Shown: positions 1 through 9,476, numbered from the stretch's first letter. The stretch: DNA of 64,000 bases from Acidovorax sp. (GCF_016783915.1 NZ_JADHVT010000005.1:8315-72314), one strand, 5' to 3'. Notes: generated by a model from the sequence alone, not told the origin. Numbers and translations: made by a program.

Positions 1-1
1 G

Positions 2-676
2 GCCGGCTACCGTGCCGTGGCCTGGGATATGCCCGGATATGGCCGCAGCGCACCGGTGGAGCCCTACACCTTCAAGGCGCTGGCGCAAAGCTGCCTGGCG
101 CTGATCGATGCGCTGCGCTGCGGCCCCGTCACCCTGGTGGGTCATGGCATGGGCGCCATGGTGGCGCTGGAAGCCGCCGTGCGTGATGCCTCGCGGGTGC
201 GCCGTATGGTGCTGTGCGCGGGCGGCCCGGCGCTGGACGCCCAGGCCGTGCAAGACTGGGTGGCACCGCGCGAGCAGGCCCTCAAGGCCCTGGACGCGGG
301 CGGCAGCATGGAGCAACTGGCCCAGACCCTGGTGCCACAGTGCATCGGCACCGGGGCCCTGCCCGAAGGCGTGCGGTTGGCGGGCCACGCGCTGGGCCAG
401 GTGTTTCCGGGCGCTTATCGCCGTGCGCTGGAGGCCCTGCCCACGTTTGACCGGGACGCCGCCGCGCTCGCGCACCTGGCCATGCCCGTGTTGCTGGTGG
501 GGGGCGAGCAGGACCGCTGCACACCACCTGCGGCCTTGCAGGCCCTGGCCCAGGTGCTGCCGGATGCGCAGACGGTGCTGCTGCCTCATGTGGGGCATTG
601 GCCCCAGCTGGAAGACCCCGAGGGGTTTGACGCTGCGCTGCTCGATTTTCTGGCCCAGCGGCGCACGCTGCACTGA
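2..676 (+). CDS. Alpha/beta-hydrolase fold protein (5' end outside window)
   Basis: The frame is open from the window edge (AGYRAVAWDMPGYGRS). It has the nucleophile-elbow region GHGMGA, GEQD acid and GHW histidine motifs. Confidence 0.85.
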   Translation, partial: AGYRAVAWDMPGYGRSAPVEPYTFKALAQSCLALIDALRCGPVTLVGHGMGAMVALEAAVRDASRVRRMVLCAGGPALDAQAVQDWVAPREQALKALDAGGSMEQLAQTLVPQCIGTGALPEGVRLAGHALGQVFPGAYRRALEALPTFDRDAAALAHLAMPVLLVGGEQDRCTPPAALQALAQVLPDAQTVLLPHVGHWPQLEDPEGFDAALLDFLAQRRTLH

Positions 677-715
677 CCCTTTTGATCTTGGCTCGCCCGG
701 CCGCCGCGCCCGGGC

Positions 716-1492
716 ATGAACGCTGCCTTCTCCATGTTGTTTGCCCTCAAGAAAATTCTGTCTGCGCTGCTGTTGCCGCCGGTATCCAGCATCGTGCTGG
801 CGCTGTTTGGCCTGTGGTTGGCGCGCTACCACCGCCGCACCGGCAACACGCTGGTGGTGCTGTCGCTGCTGTCGGTGCTGGTACTGTCCTGGCCGCCGGT
901 GTCGGACGCTCTGGTGCGCAGCCTGGAGCGCTACCCCGCGGTCACGCCGCGCCAGTTGCCCGAGGCGAAGGTGCAGGCCATCGTGGTGCTGGGTGGCGGC
1001 GCCGACACCGTGGCGCCCGAATACGGTGTGGACGTGCTCAGCCGGGGCGCGCGCGAGCGGGTTCGCTATGCCGCCTACCTGCAGCAGCAGACCGGCCTGC
1101 CCATCCTGGCCACGGGGGGCTCCACGGGCGGCACACGGGCCGAGGCCCTGGTGATGAAGGACGTGGTGGAGCGGGAGTTCAAGGGCCGCGTGCGCTGGAC
1201 CGAAGTGGAATCCCTCGACACCCGCAACAACGCCGAAAAATCGGCTGTCCTGCTCAAGGCCTCGGGCATCGAGCGCATTGCGCTCGTCACCCACGGCTGG
1301 CACATGGTTCGGGCGGCGAAGGACTTTGAACACGCCGGGCTGCAGGTGCTGCCTGCGCCCATGGGCTTCAAAGGGGGGCCGTCACGCAAGCTCTATCGCG
1401 TGCTGCCCCGCGCCTCGGCCCTGTCCGACAGCAGCCTGGCGCTGCACGAGTGGCTCGGCATAGTGGCCCAGCGTGCTTCGCTGGACCGCTGA
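716..1492 (+). CDS. YdcF/DUF218 (ElyC/SanA-like) membrane-anchored protein
   Basis: Two N-terminal TM segments, then IVVLGGG, ATGG, E-x-x-S-x-DT-x-x-NA and LVT-x-x-x-HM-x-RA motifs. Confidence 0.85.
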   Translation: MNAAFSMLFALKKILSALLLPPVSSIVLALFGLWLARYHRRTGNTLVVLSLLSVLVLSWPPVSDALVRSLERYPAVTPRQLPEAKVQAIVVLGGGADTVAPEYGVDVLSRGARERVRYAAYLQQQTGLPILATGGSTGGTRAEALVMKDVVEREFKGRVRWTEVESLDTRNNAEKSAVLLKASGIERIALVTHGWHMVRAAKDFEHAGLQVLPAPMGFKGGPSRKLYRVLPRASALSDSSLALHEWLGIVAQRASLDR

Positions 1493-1536
1493 GAGCTCGT
1501 TGACGATCCTCTGCGGATCGTCCACAGGCTCTGAGA

Positions 1537-2112
1537 TCAGCCTGCAGCGGGTGTGACCAGGAAGCGGCTGGCTGCCTCCACCGCCTGCGCATCGGCCTGC
1601 ACGGCGCCCGGGGGGCCGCCCTTGCCCCACAGTGCGCCGCCCCACGTCATGGACAGGAACTGCGCGCACAGCGCCACCGAATCGATCATGGGCTGGGCCT
1701 TGGTGCGGTCGCCGCTGGTGGTGATGAGCGACAGCGTCTTGCGGCCCATGGCGTCCTTGAAGTCCAGGCCTGGCACACGCATCCAGGCGCTCCAGTGGTC
1801 AAGGTACGTCTTGAGCGGCGAGGGAATGCTGTACCAGTACACCGGCGCCACCCAAACGATGTGGCTGGCCGCCAGCGTGGCGTCCAGCAGGGTTTTCATG
1901 TCCCCCTCGGGCGGTGCGTAGGTGCCGGTGGTGTGGCGCTGGTCCACAAAGGGCGGCAACTGCATGCGTGCGAGGTGGTGCCACGTTTGCTCCGTGCCCG
2001 CAGGCAGGGCCGCTGCGGCCTGCCGCGCCAGCCATTCGGTGTTGCCGAGGTGGCCGGGTTCGCGGGTGGAGGTGGTGAGGAAGAGGTAGTGGGGTGCAGA
2101 CATGGCCGGCAT
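1537..2112 (-). CDS. Flavodoxin-fold NAD(P)H-dependent oxidoreductase (FMN reductase family)
   Basis: GNTEWLA and PVYWYSIPSPLKTYLDHW motifs typical of flavodoxin-like reductases. Confidence 0.8.
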   Translation of the reverse strand: MPAMSAPHYLFLTTSTREPGHLGNTEWLARQAAAALPAGTEQTWHHLARMQLPPFVDQRHTTGTYAPPEGDMKTLLDATLAASHIVWVAPVYWYSIPSPLKTYLDHWSAWMRVPGLDFKDAMGRKTLSLITTSGDRTKAQPMIDSVALCAQFLSMTWGGALWGKGGPPGAVQADAQAVEAASRFLVTPAAG

Positions 2113-2160
2113 CGTAGCGGCACCGGCCCGTGTCTGCAGGCGCTGGGTGGGCGCCGTCCC

Positions 2161-3498
2161 TCAGGCCGGGACCACACCGCGCGGCGCGCGCACGGCTTCG
2201 GCACCCAGAAAACCAAAGTTCATCGCAGGCTGCTCGCCGCTGATCAGTTCGGCCAGGGCCTTGCCCGAGCCTGCACCGTGTGTCCAGCCCAGCGTGCCGT
2301 GGCCCGCGTTGACCCAGAGCTTGCCCACGCGGGTGCGGCCGATGAACGGGATGTTGGTGGGCGTGGCGGGGCGCAGGCCGGTCCAGTACTGCGGGTTGCC
2401 GCCTTCCTCGGGCGTGCGGGTGTCGCACACACCGGGCAGGATGGCCTCGATGCGGCGCGAGAGCATGTGGCAGCGCGCGCGGGCCAGGGAGCTGTCGAGT
2501 GTCAGGTCCCAGCCGTTGAGCTCGATGGTGCCCGCCACGCGCAGGTGGTTGCCCAGGCGGCTCATGGCGATCTTCTTGCCGTCGTCGATGGTGGAGACCA
2601 TGGGCGCGCCCTCGGGCCTGAGCAGCGGGAAGGTCGCGCTGTAGCCCTTGCCCGGGTAGATGGGCAGGTCCACGCCCACGCTGCGCAGCAGCGGTGCGCT
2701 GTACGAGCCACAGGCCACCACAATGGCGTCCGCCTTCAATATGAAGTCTTTTTTGCCGCTTGCGCTAGTGGAATTTGGCATGACAGCTACAGAATCAATA
2801 GCATTGCCAATCTTGTTCAGCCGTAGCACATCGTGGCCGTACAGGAACTGCACGCCGCGTGCCGCACAGCGGCGGGCCAGTTCCTGCGTGAACACACGCG
2901 CATCGCCGCTCTCGTCAGTGTTGGTGTAGGTGCCGCCGGTGATCTTGTCGCCGTAGGCCTTGAAGGCCGGTTCGATCTGCAGCAGCTCGTCGCGGCTCAC
3001 CAGACGGCGCTGCACACCGTGCTTGCGCATCAGCTCCACCGCATGGCCTGCGGCGTCAAACGATTTCTGGTCGGTGTAGAAGTGGGCAATGCCGCGTTCG
3101 AGCCGGTTGTATTCGATGCCCGTGGTTTTCACCAGGTCCTTCAGCGCGGCATGGCTGTAGGCGCCCAGCGCCACAATCTGCTGCACATTGCGCTCGAACG
3201 CCGCGTCGTTGCACTGCGCGAGGAACTGCAGGCCCCAGCGCCATTGCTGCCAGTCCATCTGCGGGCGAAACAGCAGCGGCGCTTCCTTGTCGAACATCCA
3301 CTTGAGCGCCTTGAGCGGCGCCTCGCGGTTGGCCCAGGGCTCGCAGTAGCTCACCGAGATCTGTGCCGCGTTGGCAAAACTGGTTTCGAGTGCTGCATCG
3401 GGCTGGCGGTCGATCACGATGACTTCGTGACCGCGTTCCAGCAGGTGCCACGCCGTGCTGATGCCGATGATGCCGGCGCCGAGAACAATGGTTTTCAT
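2161..3498 (-). CDS. dadA: D-amino acid dehydrogenase
   Basis: MKTIVLGAGIIG FAD-binding motif, TSFANA, PGKGYS, GLRPATP and GHGTLGWT motifs. Start taken at 3498 rather than the 3579 ORF start. Confidence 0.9.
   Translation of the reverse strand: MKTIVLGAGIIGISTAWHLLERGHEVIVIDRQPDAALETSFANAAQISVSYCEPWANREAPLKALKWMFDKEAPLLFRPQMDWQQWRWGLQFLAQCNDAAFERNVQQIVALGAYSHAALKDLVKTTGIEYNRLERGIAHFYTDQKSFDAAGHAVELMRKHGVQRRLVSRDELLQIEPAFKAYGDKITGGTYTNTDESGDARVFTQELARRCAARGVQFLYGHDVLRLNKIGNAIDSVAVMPNSTSASGKKDFILKADAIVVACGSYSAPLLRSVGVDLPIYPGKGYSATFPLLRPEGAPMVSTIDDGKKIAMSRLGNHLRVAGTIELNGWDLTLDSSLARARCHMLSRRIEAILPGVCDTRTPEEGGNPQYWTGLRPATPTNIPFIGRTRVGKLWVNAGHGTLGWTHGAGSGKALAELISGEQPAMNFGFLGAEAVRAPRGVVPA
2742..2803. 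repeat. ~62-bp palindromic repeat, copy embedded in dadA coding sequence
   Basis: An AT-rich patch that aligns without gaps to the intergenic copy at 43186 (shared GCGCTAGTGGA, AGCTA and terminal AGC). Confidence 0.7.
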
Positions 3499-3614
3499 AT
3501 GCGGAATGCCTTGTGAGCCTTTGCGTGCCACACGCCCCAGTGCGGGACACGATGGGGCGCAGTGTGCGCGACATTGCATTCAACTAAAAGCAAAATTAAA
3601 CTTACTCCAAAAAC

Positions 3615-3629
3615 ATCAGCGCACCTAAT
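3615..3629. promoter_or_regulatory. Putative LysR (ArgP-type) T-N11-A box between divergent dadA and LysR genes
   Basis: ATCAG-CGCAC-CTAAT, an imperfect inverted repeat with T-N11-A spacing in an AT-rich intergenic region. Confidence 0.45.
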
Positions 3630-3674
3630 GAATAGCGCTGCGGAGACAACCCTCTTTTGTTCGAGTCCGAGACC

Positions 3675-4586
3675 ATGAGCACCTACGATCCCGCCGCCCT
3701 GGAATGCCTTGCCGCCATCGTCGAAGAGGGCGGCTTCGAGCGCGCCGCGCAGCGCCTGAACGTCACGCAGTCGGCCGTCTCGCAGCGCCTGCGCGCGCTG
3801 GAGGCGCAGGTGGGCTCGGTGCTCATCGTGCGCAGCCGCCCGCTGCGGCCCACGTCGGCGGGGCAGTTGCTGCTCAAGCACACCAAGCAGATGCGGCTGC
3901 TGCGCGCCGACCTGGAGCGCGATCTGCAGGAGCTGGCGCCCAGCGCACCAGGGGGCTCGCGCGAGGACGAGCGCATATCGATTGCCATCAACGCCGACAG
4001 CATTGCCACCTGGGCCATGGGCGCGCTGCACGACCTCGTGCGCCAGCGCCTGCCGCTCGAAATCATCGTGGACGACCAGGACTTCACGCAGGAATGGCTG
4101 CGCTCGGGCCAGGTGCTGGGCTGCGTGACCACGCTCAAGCAGGCATTGCGTGGCTGCAAGATGGTGCCGCTGGGTGCCATGCCTTATGTGGCGGTAGCGT
4201 CGGCCAGTTACGCGCAGCAGTACCTGCCGCAAGGACTCACGCCGCACAACTTTCGCGAGGTGTCGTTTTTGTCGTTCAACCGCAAAGACGACATGGCGGC
4301 GGAGTTTGTCGCGCGTGCGTTCGGGCTCAAGCGCGTGGCGCTCAACCATCTGTTTGTGCCAGGCTCCGAGGCACAGATGCGTGCGGTGGCGGCGGGCTGG
4401 GCCGTTGGGGTGATGCCCGAGCTGATGGCGCGGCAGGCGCTGGCTGACGGCAGCATGGTGGACTTGGCCCCCGGGCGTTCGCTCCCGATCCAGCTCTACT
4501 GGCATTGCTGGAACCTGGAGTCCGAGCTGCTGGATGCGTTGTCGGCAGCGTTGACGGGCGCGGCCGCCCAGGCCCTGGTGTCCTGA
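3675..4586 (+). CDS. LysR-family regulator, ArgP/IciA subfamily
   Basis: N-terminal HTH (GFERAAQRLNVTQSAVSQR), plus IAINADS and LYWHCWNLES motifs characteristic of ArgP/LysG. Confidence 0.85.
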   Translation: MSTYDPAALECLAAIVEEGGFERAAQRLNVTQSAVSQRLRALEAQVGSVLIVRSRPLRPTSAGQLLLKHTKQMRLLRADLERDLQELAPSAPGGSREDERISIAINADSIATWAMGALHDLVRQRLPLEIIVDDQDFTQEWLRSGQVLGCVTTLKQALRGCKMVPLGAMPYVAVASASYAQQYLPQGLTPHNFREVSFLSFNRKDDMAAEFVARAFGLKRVALNHLFVPGSEAQMRAVAAGWAVGVMPELMARQALADGSMVDLAPGRSLPIQLYWHCWNLESELLDALSAALTGAAAQALVS

Positions 4587-4701
4587 CACGGGCTCCTGTT
4601 TCCCGGCGGCGGGGTGCAAGGCACGGTTTGTGCTGGCAAAAACGTGAACGACGTAGTTGCATTGCAACTTAGTCATTTATTTTTTTACCGTAATGTATAA
4701 A

Positions 4702-5325
4702 ATGGACTCCATGCAAACGCCGCAACCCAAAGTCTCATTCAAGGAGCAGATGCACCAGGCCCGCGAGGATGCCATCCTCCAGTCCGCCTGCCGCCTGCTG
4801 GGTGAAAAGGCCTTCGACGCCATGACCATGGACGACGTGGCCAACGCCGTGGGTATTGCCAAGGCCAGCCTGTACAAGCATTTCTGCAGCAAGGAAGAGC
4901 TGTGCAGCGCCGCGATGGTGCAGATCCTCGGGCGCGTCCAGGCCTATCTGGCGGGCTTGCCGGCCGACATGCCTCCGCTGGAGAAGCTGCATGCGCTGGT
5001 GCGTTGGTCGCTGGAGCGCCTGCTGACCAACGAGATGCCCCTGCTGCCCAGCCGCAATTCCACGCTGCGTGCCGTGCTGATGGCCAACAAGGACTACCTG
5101 AACGGACTGGTGGCCGTGAGCGACCAGATCGGCGAATGGATCACCCAGGCCCAGGCCCAGGGCGTGATCAGCCCCACGCTGCCACCTCTGGTGGTGCTGT
5201 ACACCCTGTATGCGCGTGCCTGCGACCCGGTGGTGAGTTTCCTCAAGGAAGGCGGCCAGTATTCAGACGCCGAAATCGTGGACTTGGTGGTGCGCACCTG
5301 TTTTGACGGCCTGGCGGCGCGTTGA
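4702..5325 (+). CDS. TetR/AcrR-family regulator
   Basis: HTH MDDVANAVGIAKASLYKHF. Confidence 0.9.
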   Translation: MDSMQTPQPKVSFKEQMHQAREDAILQSACRLLGEKAFDAMTMDDVANAVGIAKASLYKHFCSKEELCSAAMVQILGRVQAYLAGLPADMPPLEKLHALVRWSLERLLTNEMPLLPSRNSTLRAVLMANKDYLNGLVAVSDQIGEWITQAQAQGVISPTLPPLVVLYTLYARACDPVVSFLKEGGQYSDAEIVDLVVRTCFDGLAAR

Positions 5326-5354
5326 GCCTGGTGGCCCGATAAGCCGCACCCATA

Positions 5355-5380
5355 AAAAAGCCCGGCATGCCGGGCTTTTT
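5355..5380. terminator. Bidirectional intrinsic terminator
   Basis: AAAAAGCCCGGC-AT-GCCGGGCTTTTT between convergent genes. Confidence 0.85.
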
Positions 5381-5426
5381 GCTGTGTGGGTGCTGCGCCG
5401 GTAGCCGGGCAGCACCTGCGGTCCTG

Positions 5427-6365
5427 TCACTTGGGCAAGATCACCTTATCCACCACGTGGATCACGCCATTCTTGGTGAACACGTCGGCCGCCACGATCT
5501 TGCTGGTGCGCATGTTCTGGTCGGTGATCACGAGGCTGGAGTTGATGGTGAACGTTTGGCCCTGCACGGTGGTGATGGCGGTATTGACGGGCACTTCGGC
5601 CTTGAGCACGCGCGCGGGCACCACGTGGTAGGTCAGCACCTGGGTCAGCAGGGCCTTGTTGGCCAGCAGCGCTTCCTTGGTGACACCCAGCTCGGTCAAC
5701 AGGGCTGCAAAAGCCGCGTTGGTGGGCGCAAACACGGTGAATGGGCCTGCGCCCTGCAGCGTGCTTACCAGGCCAGCAGCCACGACGGCCTCCACGAGGA
5801 TGCTGAAGTCAGGCAGGGCAGACGCTGTGGCAACGATGTCTTTGTCGGCGGGCAACAGTACCTTGTCCACCAGATGCACCACGCCATTGCTGGCCTGGAT
5901 GTCGGTGCTGGTGACGGTGCTCACGCGGTTTCGGCCATCGGTGATTTTGAGGCCGTTGTTCGATTCGATCTTGAAGAAGCCACCCGACACCGGGGTGATC
6001 GCCTTGCCCAGCGGCACGTCGGCCCGCATCACCTTGCTGCCCAGTACGTGGTAGGTAAGCACAGCGGTCAGCAGGGGCTTGTTGGCCAGCAGCGCTTCCT
6101 TGGTCACGCCCAGTTCGGTCAGCAATGCAGCAAACGCTGCGTTGGTGGGCGCGAACACGGTGAGCGTACCCGTGCTCAGCGTAGGCGCGAGGCCAGCGGC
6201 GACCACAGCCTCGACCAGGATGCTCAGCTCCGGGGTGTTTTGTGCGAGCTCAACGATGTTGCGCTGGGGCTCGTCGTCGCTGCCCCCGCAGGCTTGCAGC
6301 AGGGTGGTGCTGGCGCCCAGGGCGGCTGCCATCAGGACGGTACGGCGATTGAATATGGTGTTCAT
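5427..6365 (-). CDS. Two-domain fasciclin (FAS1) lipoprotein, probable Tat substrate
   Basis: Two TVFAPTNAAF ... NGV(V/I)H domains. The signal has NRRTVL and lipobox LQAC. Confidence 0.9.
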   Translation of the reverse strand: MNTIFNRRTVLMAAALGASTTLLQACGGSDDEPQRNIVELAQNTPELSILVEAVVAAGLAPTLSTGTLTVFAPTNAAFAALLTELGVTKEALLANKPLLTAVLTYHVLGSKVMRADVPLGKAITPVSGGFFKIESNNGLKITDGRNRVSTVTSTDIQASNGVVHLVDKVLLPADKDIVATASALPDFSILVEAVVAAGLVSTLQGAGPFTVFAPTNAAFAALLTELGVTKEALLANKALLTQVLTYHVVPARVLKAEVPVNTAITTVQGQTFTINSSLVITDQNMRTSKIVAADVFTKNGVIHVVDKVILPK

Positions 6366-6420
6366 GGCGGCTTCTCCTCGTGAATGGATGGTGGATGAAA
6401 AGAGCTGTGGTGCGGTGCGC

Positions 6421-6876
6421 TTACTTGGGCATCAGCACGGTGTCGATCGCATGGATCACGCCGTTGCTGGCGGCCACATCGGTTGCTATCACCTTGGACT
6501 GGTCCACCATCACGCCCATGCTGGTGGACACGGTGATCTCTTGGCCCTGCACGGTCTTGACCTTGCCGGCCTTCACGTCCTTGGCCATGACCTTGCCGGG
6601 CACCACGTGGTATGTCAGCACCTTGGTGAGTGCTACCTTGTCGGCCAGCAGGCCATCCAGCGTGGCCTTGGGGATCTTGGCGAAGGCTTCGTCAGTGGGC
6701 GCAAACACCGTGAACGGGCCGGGGCCCTTGAGGGTGTCCACCAGACCGGCAGCCTGCACGGCGGCCACCAGGGTCTTGAAGTTGCCCGCCTTCACGGCGG
6801 TGTCAACGATGTCTTGCGCCATGGCGCTGAAGGTGGCGCCAGCGGTCAGAGCGAGTGCAATCAGGGTCTTCTTCAT
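6421..6876 (-). CDS. Single-domain fasciclin (FAS1) secreted protein
   Basis: Sec signal [13 protein letters not shown], then [13 protein letters not shown] and [13 protein letters not shown]. Confidence 0.9.
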   Translation of the reverse strand: MKKTLIALALTAGATFSAMAQDIVDTAVKAGNFKTLVAAVQAAGLVDTLKGPGPFTVFAPTDEAFAKIPKATLDGLLADKVALTKVLTYHVVPGKVMAKDVKAGKVKTVQGQEITVSTSMGVMVDQSKVIATDVAASNGVIHAIDTVLMPK

Positions 6877-6936
6877 GGGTCGTTCCTCTCGGTTTCGATG
6901 GAATTGACACGCCAAGATGGGCGTGGCGCGAATGTA

Positions 6937-6988
6937 TAACCATTTGGTACGAAAGTAAACCGTTTGGTTATTCAATAACTGATTGGTC
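6937..6988. promoter_or_regulatory. Three ~20-bp-spaced ACC-N-TTTGGT-like sites upstream of fasciclin genes (putative operator array)
   Basis: TAACCATTTGGTAC, TAAACCGTTTGGTTA and TAACTGATTGGTC in an AT-rich stretch. Confidence 0.45.
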
Positions 6989-7001
6989 GTAACGAAATGA
7001 A

Positions 7002-7028
7002 AAAAAGCCCTGCAAGGCAGGGCTTTTT
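7002..7028 (-). terminator. Intrinsic terminator after usp gene
   Basis: AAAAAGCCCTGC-AAG-GCAGGGCTTTTT. Confidence 0.8.
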
Positions 7029-7067
7029 GGTGGGTGTTGCGCAGTTGTGCGCCGTGGACCCGTGCGT

Positions 7068-7490
7068 TCAGCGAACGATCAGCAGCGGCACCTTGCTGTG
7101 GGCGAGCACCTGGGTGGTCACCGAGCCCATCACCAGCGTAGCGATGGCGCCGTGACCGTGCGAGCCCATGACCAGCAGGTCGAACTTGCCGGTGTCTGCC
7201 ACCTTGGCAATGGTCTCGCCCACCGCGCCCACCTTGACGCTGCGCTTGGCATCCACGCCGTGGCGACCCAGGAATTTGCACACGGGGGCGAGGATTTTTT
7301 CGGCTTCTTCGGCGTGGTAGTTGTCCACCACTTCCTTGCCCAGCGCAGCGCGCGCGCGCGGGGGCAGAGGGGCCTGCACCGTCAGCACGGTGTAGGTGTG
7401 GGTGCCGCCCAGCAGCTCTTCGTGGGTGGCCAGATAGGCCAGCATCTTCTTGGTGTAAGCGCTGCCATCGACAGCAAGCAGGATGTTCAT
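7068..7490 (-). CDS. Universal stress protein (UspA family)
   Basis: ILLAVDGS ... [11 protein letters not shown] ... GSVTTQVL ... PLLIVR. Confidence 0.92.
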   Translation of the reverse strand: MNILLAVDGSAYTKKMLAYLATHEELLGGTHTYTVLTVQAPLPPRARAALGKEVVDNYHAEEAEKILAPVCKFLGRHGVDAKRSVKVGAVGETIAKVADTGKFDLLVMGSHGHGAIATLVMGSVTTQVLAHSKVPLLIVR

Positions 7491-7603
7491 GGTGTTCTCC
7501 GAAAAGGGATGAGGCAGACTACTCTGCGCTGGCGCCTGTTGTCTTGACCTGGGTCATGTTGTTTTGTCCGGCGCGTGGCGAATTCGTACGAACTGCATGG
7601 CCA

Positions 7604-8449
7604 TCATACGGTGACCACGCAGCGCGGCTGAAAAGCCACCTGCTCTCCCTTGCGCGCATAACCCAGCGGGTTGGCCACCACCCGGCACTGCCAGGCGGAT
7701 CCGTCGCTGCGCTTGCCCTGGGCGGTGTAGTCGCTGGGCGCATGCAGGTGGCCATGCAGCCACAGCGGGGTGTACATCAGCAGGTCATCCAGCGCATTGC
7801 AAAACCCCGCTGTGCCTGGCACCAAGCCATAGCGGGGATCAGCGCTGCGCAGGCTGGGTGCAAAGTGGGTCACGACCACGGTGGTGCCGTCAAAAGGCTG
7901 CTGCAACACATCGCGCAGCCATTGCTGGCAGGCCAGCGCCTGCTCGCGCATGGGTTCGGCCAGAAATGGCTCTGCATCGCGCGTGCCGCCTGTCTTGCGC
8001 AGGTAAAAATTGGCCGCGCGAAAAGCCTTGTCGCGCAGCTTGAGCCTGCGCGTGAGGTCGGTGGCGCCCTCATGGTCGGCCAGTGCATCAAAGTCGCTCC
8101 AGAGCGTGGTGCCCACAAAACGCGTGCCCTGCAGCACCAGGGTTTCACGCTCCAGCCACGCAATGCCCAGGCGGTCGCAGGTCTGGCGCAGCCGCACATG
8201 AGCGGCATCGAAGTCCTGGGCGTCGTACTCGTGGTTGCCCGGCACAAACAGCACGGGTGTCGGCCAGGCAGCATGTTGGGGCAGGGGCGAAAACCGGGCC
8301 AGGCCGAAGTCGTCGTCGCCCAGTTGCGAGCCTTGCTGGTAGGAGCCAACGTCCCCCGCCAGCACCAGCACGTCGGCGCCAGGGGCGGGTTCAGGCACAA
8401 AGTGCGGGTGCGCCTCCAGATGGAGGTCGGACAAAAGCTGGATGTTCAT
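7604..8449 (-). CDS. Calcineurin-like metallophosphoesterase
   Basis: SDLH, LAGD, GNHE and HGHLH metal-binding motifs. Confidence 0.88.
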   Translation of the reverse strand: MNIQLLSDLHLEAHPHFVPEPAPGADVLVLAGDVGSYQQGSQLGDDDFGLARFSPLPQHAAWPTPVLFVPGNHEYDAQDFDAAHVRLRQTCDRLGIAWLERETLVLQGTRFVGTTLWSDFDALADHEGATDLTRRLKLRDKAFRAANFYLRKTGGTRDAEPFLAEPMREQALACQQWLRDVLQQPFDGTTVVVTHFAPSLRSADPRYGLVPGTAGFCNALDDLLMYTPLWLHGHLHAPSDYTAQGKRSDGSAWQCRVVANPLGYARKGEQVAFQPRCVVTV

Positions 8450-8461
8450 CAGTCGTGCAGT

Positions 8462-9439
8462 CTACGGCGTACCGTGCAGATCCTGCCCCGGGAAGGTGCG
8501 TCGCGCCGAGCGCGCCAGAGCTTGCAGCAGCCAGGTCATCGCGGCCTGCTGCGGGCCACGCCGGCGCCACAGGGCGTCCACGTGCACAGCGGGTACGTCC
8601 AGCGGCAGTGCCCTTTGCACCAGGGCGTCGGCAATGCCGGTCACCGGGACAAAGTGGCGCGGCAGCACTGTCAGCAGGTCCGAGCCCGACACCACCCGCC
8701 CGGCCGTGAAGAATTGGTTGACTGTGATCACCACCTTGCGTTCGCGGCCCAGCGACGCCAGGGCTTCGTCGATGAAGCCGAAAGGGCGCCCCGAAAAACT
8801 CACCAGCATGTGCCGCGCTGCGCAGTAGGTGTCCAGCGTCAGGGGGGCGTCGGCCAAAGGGTGGCCCTGGCGCATCACGCACACGTACTCGCCGTCGTAC
8901 AGCCGGCGGCTTTCAAAGGCCACCACGCCGCCCGATTGCGCCCGCGCCGTGAGGTCGGCCAGCGCAGCGGGAAAGTAGCCCACGGCCATGTCGGCCGCCT
9001 CTTCTTCCAGCAGGCGCCGGGGGTCGCGCGTGGTGAGAGGCAGCACGCGGATGGAGATGCCGGGGGCTTCTCGTTCGATGATCTCCACCAGGGCGGGCAC
9101 CAGCGTCGCCGCCGTGGCATCGGCCATGGCCAGTACAAAGGTGGACTCGGCCGTTGCCGGATCAAAGTGCCCTGGCGCCAGGGACTCCTGCAAATGGGCC
9201 AGGGCCTCGCGCACGGGCGGCCACAGTGCCAGTGCACGCGGCGTCGGCTCCACGCCCTGGCCACTGCGCACCACCAGTTCGTCGCCCACCACGTCGCGCA
9301 GTCGCCGCATGGCGTTGCTGACGGCCGGCTGGGTGATGGACAGCTTGTGTGCCGCCCGGGTAAGGCTGCGCTCGGCCATCACCTCGTCAAAGACGCGCAG
9401 CAGGTTCAGGTCCAGGGAGCGGAAGTTCAAGGGAGTCAT
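8462..9439 (-). CDS. LysR-family regulator (NodD/NahR-like substrate domain)
   Basis: LDLNLLRVFD ... SITQPAVSNAMRRLR HTH. Confidence 0.92.
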   Translation of the reverse strand: MTPLNFRSLDLNLLRVFDEVMAERSLTRAAHKLSITQPAVSNAMRRLRDVVGDELVVRSGQGVEPTPRALALWPPVREALAHLQESLAPGHFDPATAESTFVLAMADATAATLVPALVEIIEREAPGISIRVLPLTTRDPRRLLEEEAADMAVGYFPAALADLTARAQSGGVVAFESRRLYDGEYVCVMRQGHPLADAPLTLDTYCAARHMLVSFSGRPFGFIDEALASLGRERKVVITVNQFFTAGRVVSGSDLLTVLPRHFVPVTGIADALVQRALPLDVPAVHVDALWRRRGPQQAAMTWLLQALARSARRTFPGQDLHGTP

Positions 9440-9453
9440 GGTGACCCAAGAGC

Positions 9454-9476
9454 ATATTCATCACTGGCATGAATAT
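9454..9476. promoter_or_regulatory. Perfect inverted repeat at divergent LysR promoter (putative operator)
   Basis: ATATTCAT-N7-ATGAATAT, 15 bp from the LysR start codon. Confidence 0.55.

Noticed and set aside
5427-6365. Internal direct repeats as a CRISPR or tandem-repeat locus
   Set aside because: They are the two FAS1 domains of one protein. No regularly spaced repeat-spacer array was seen anywhere in the window.
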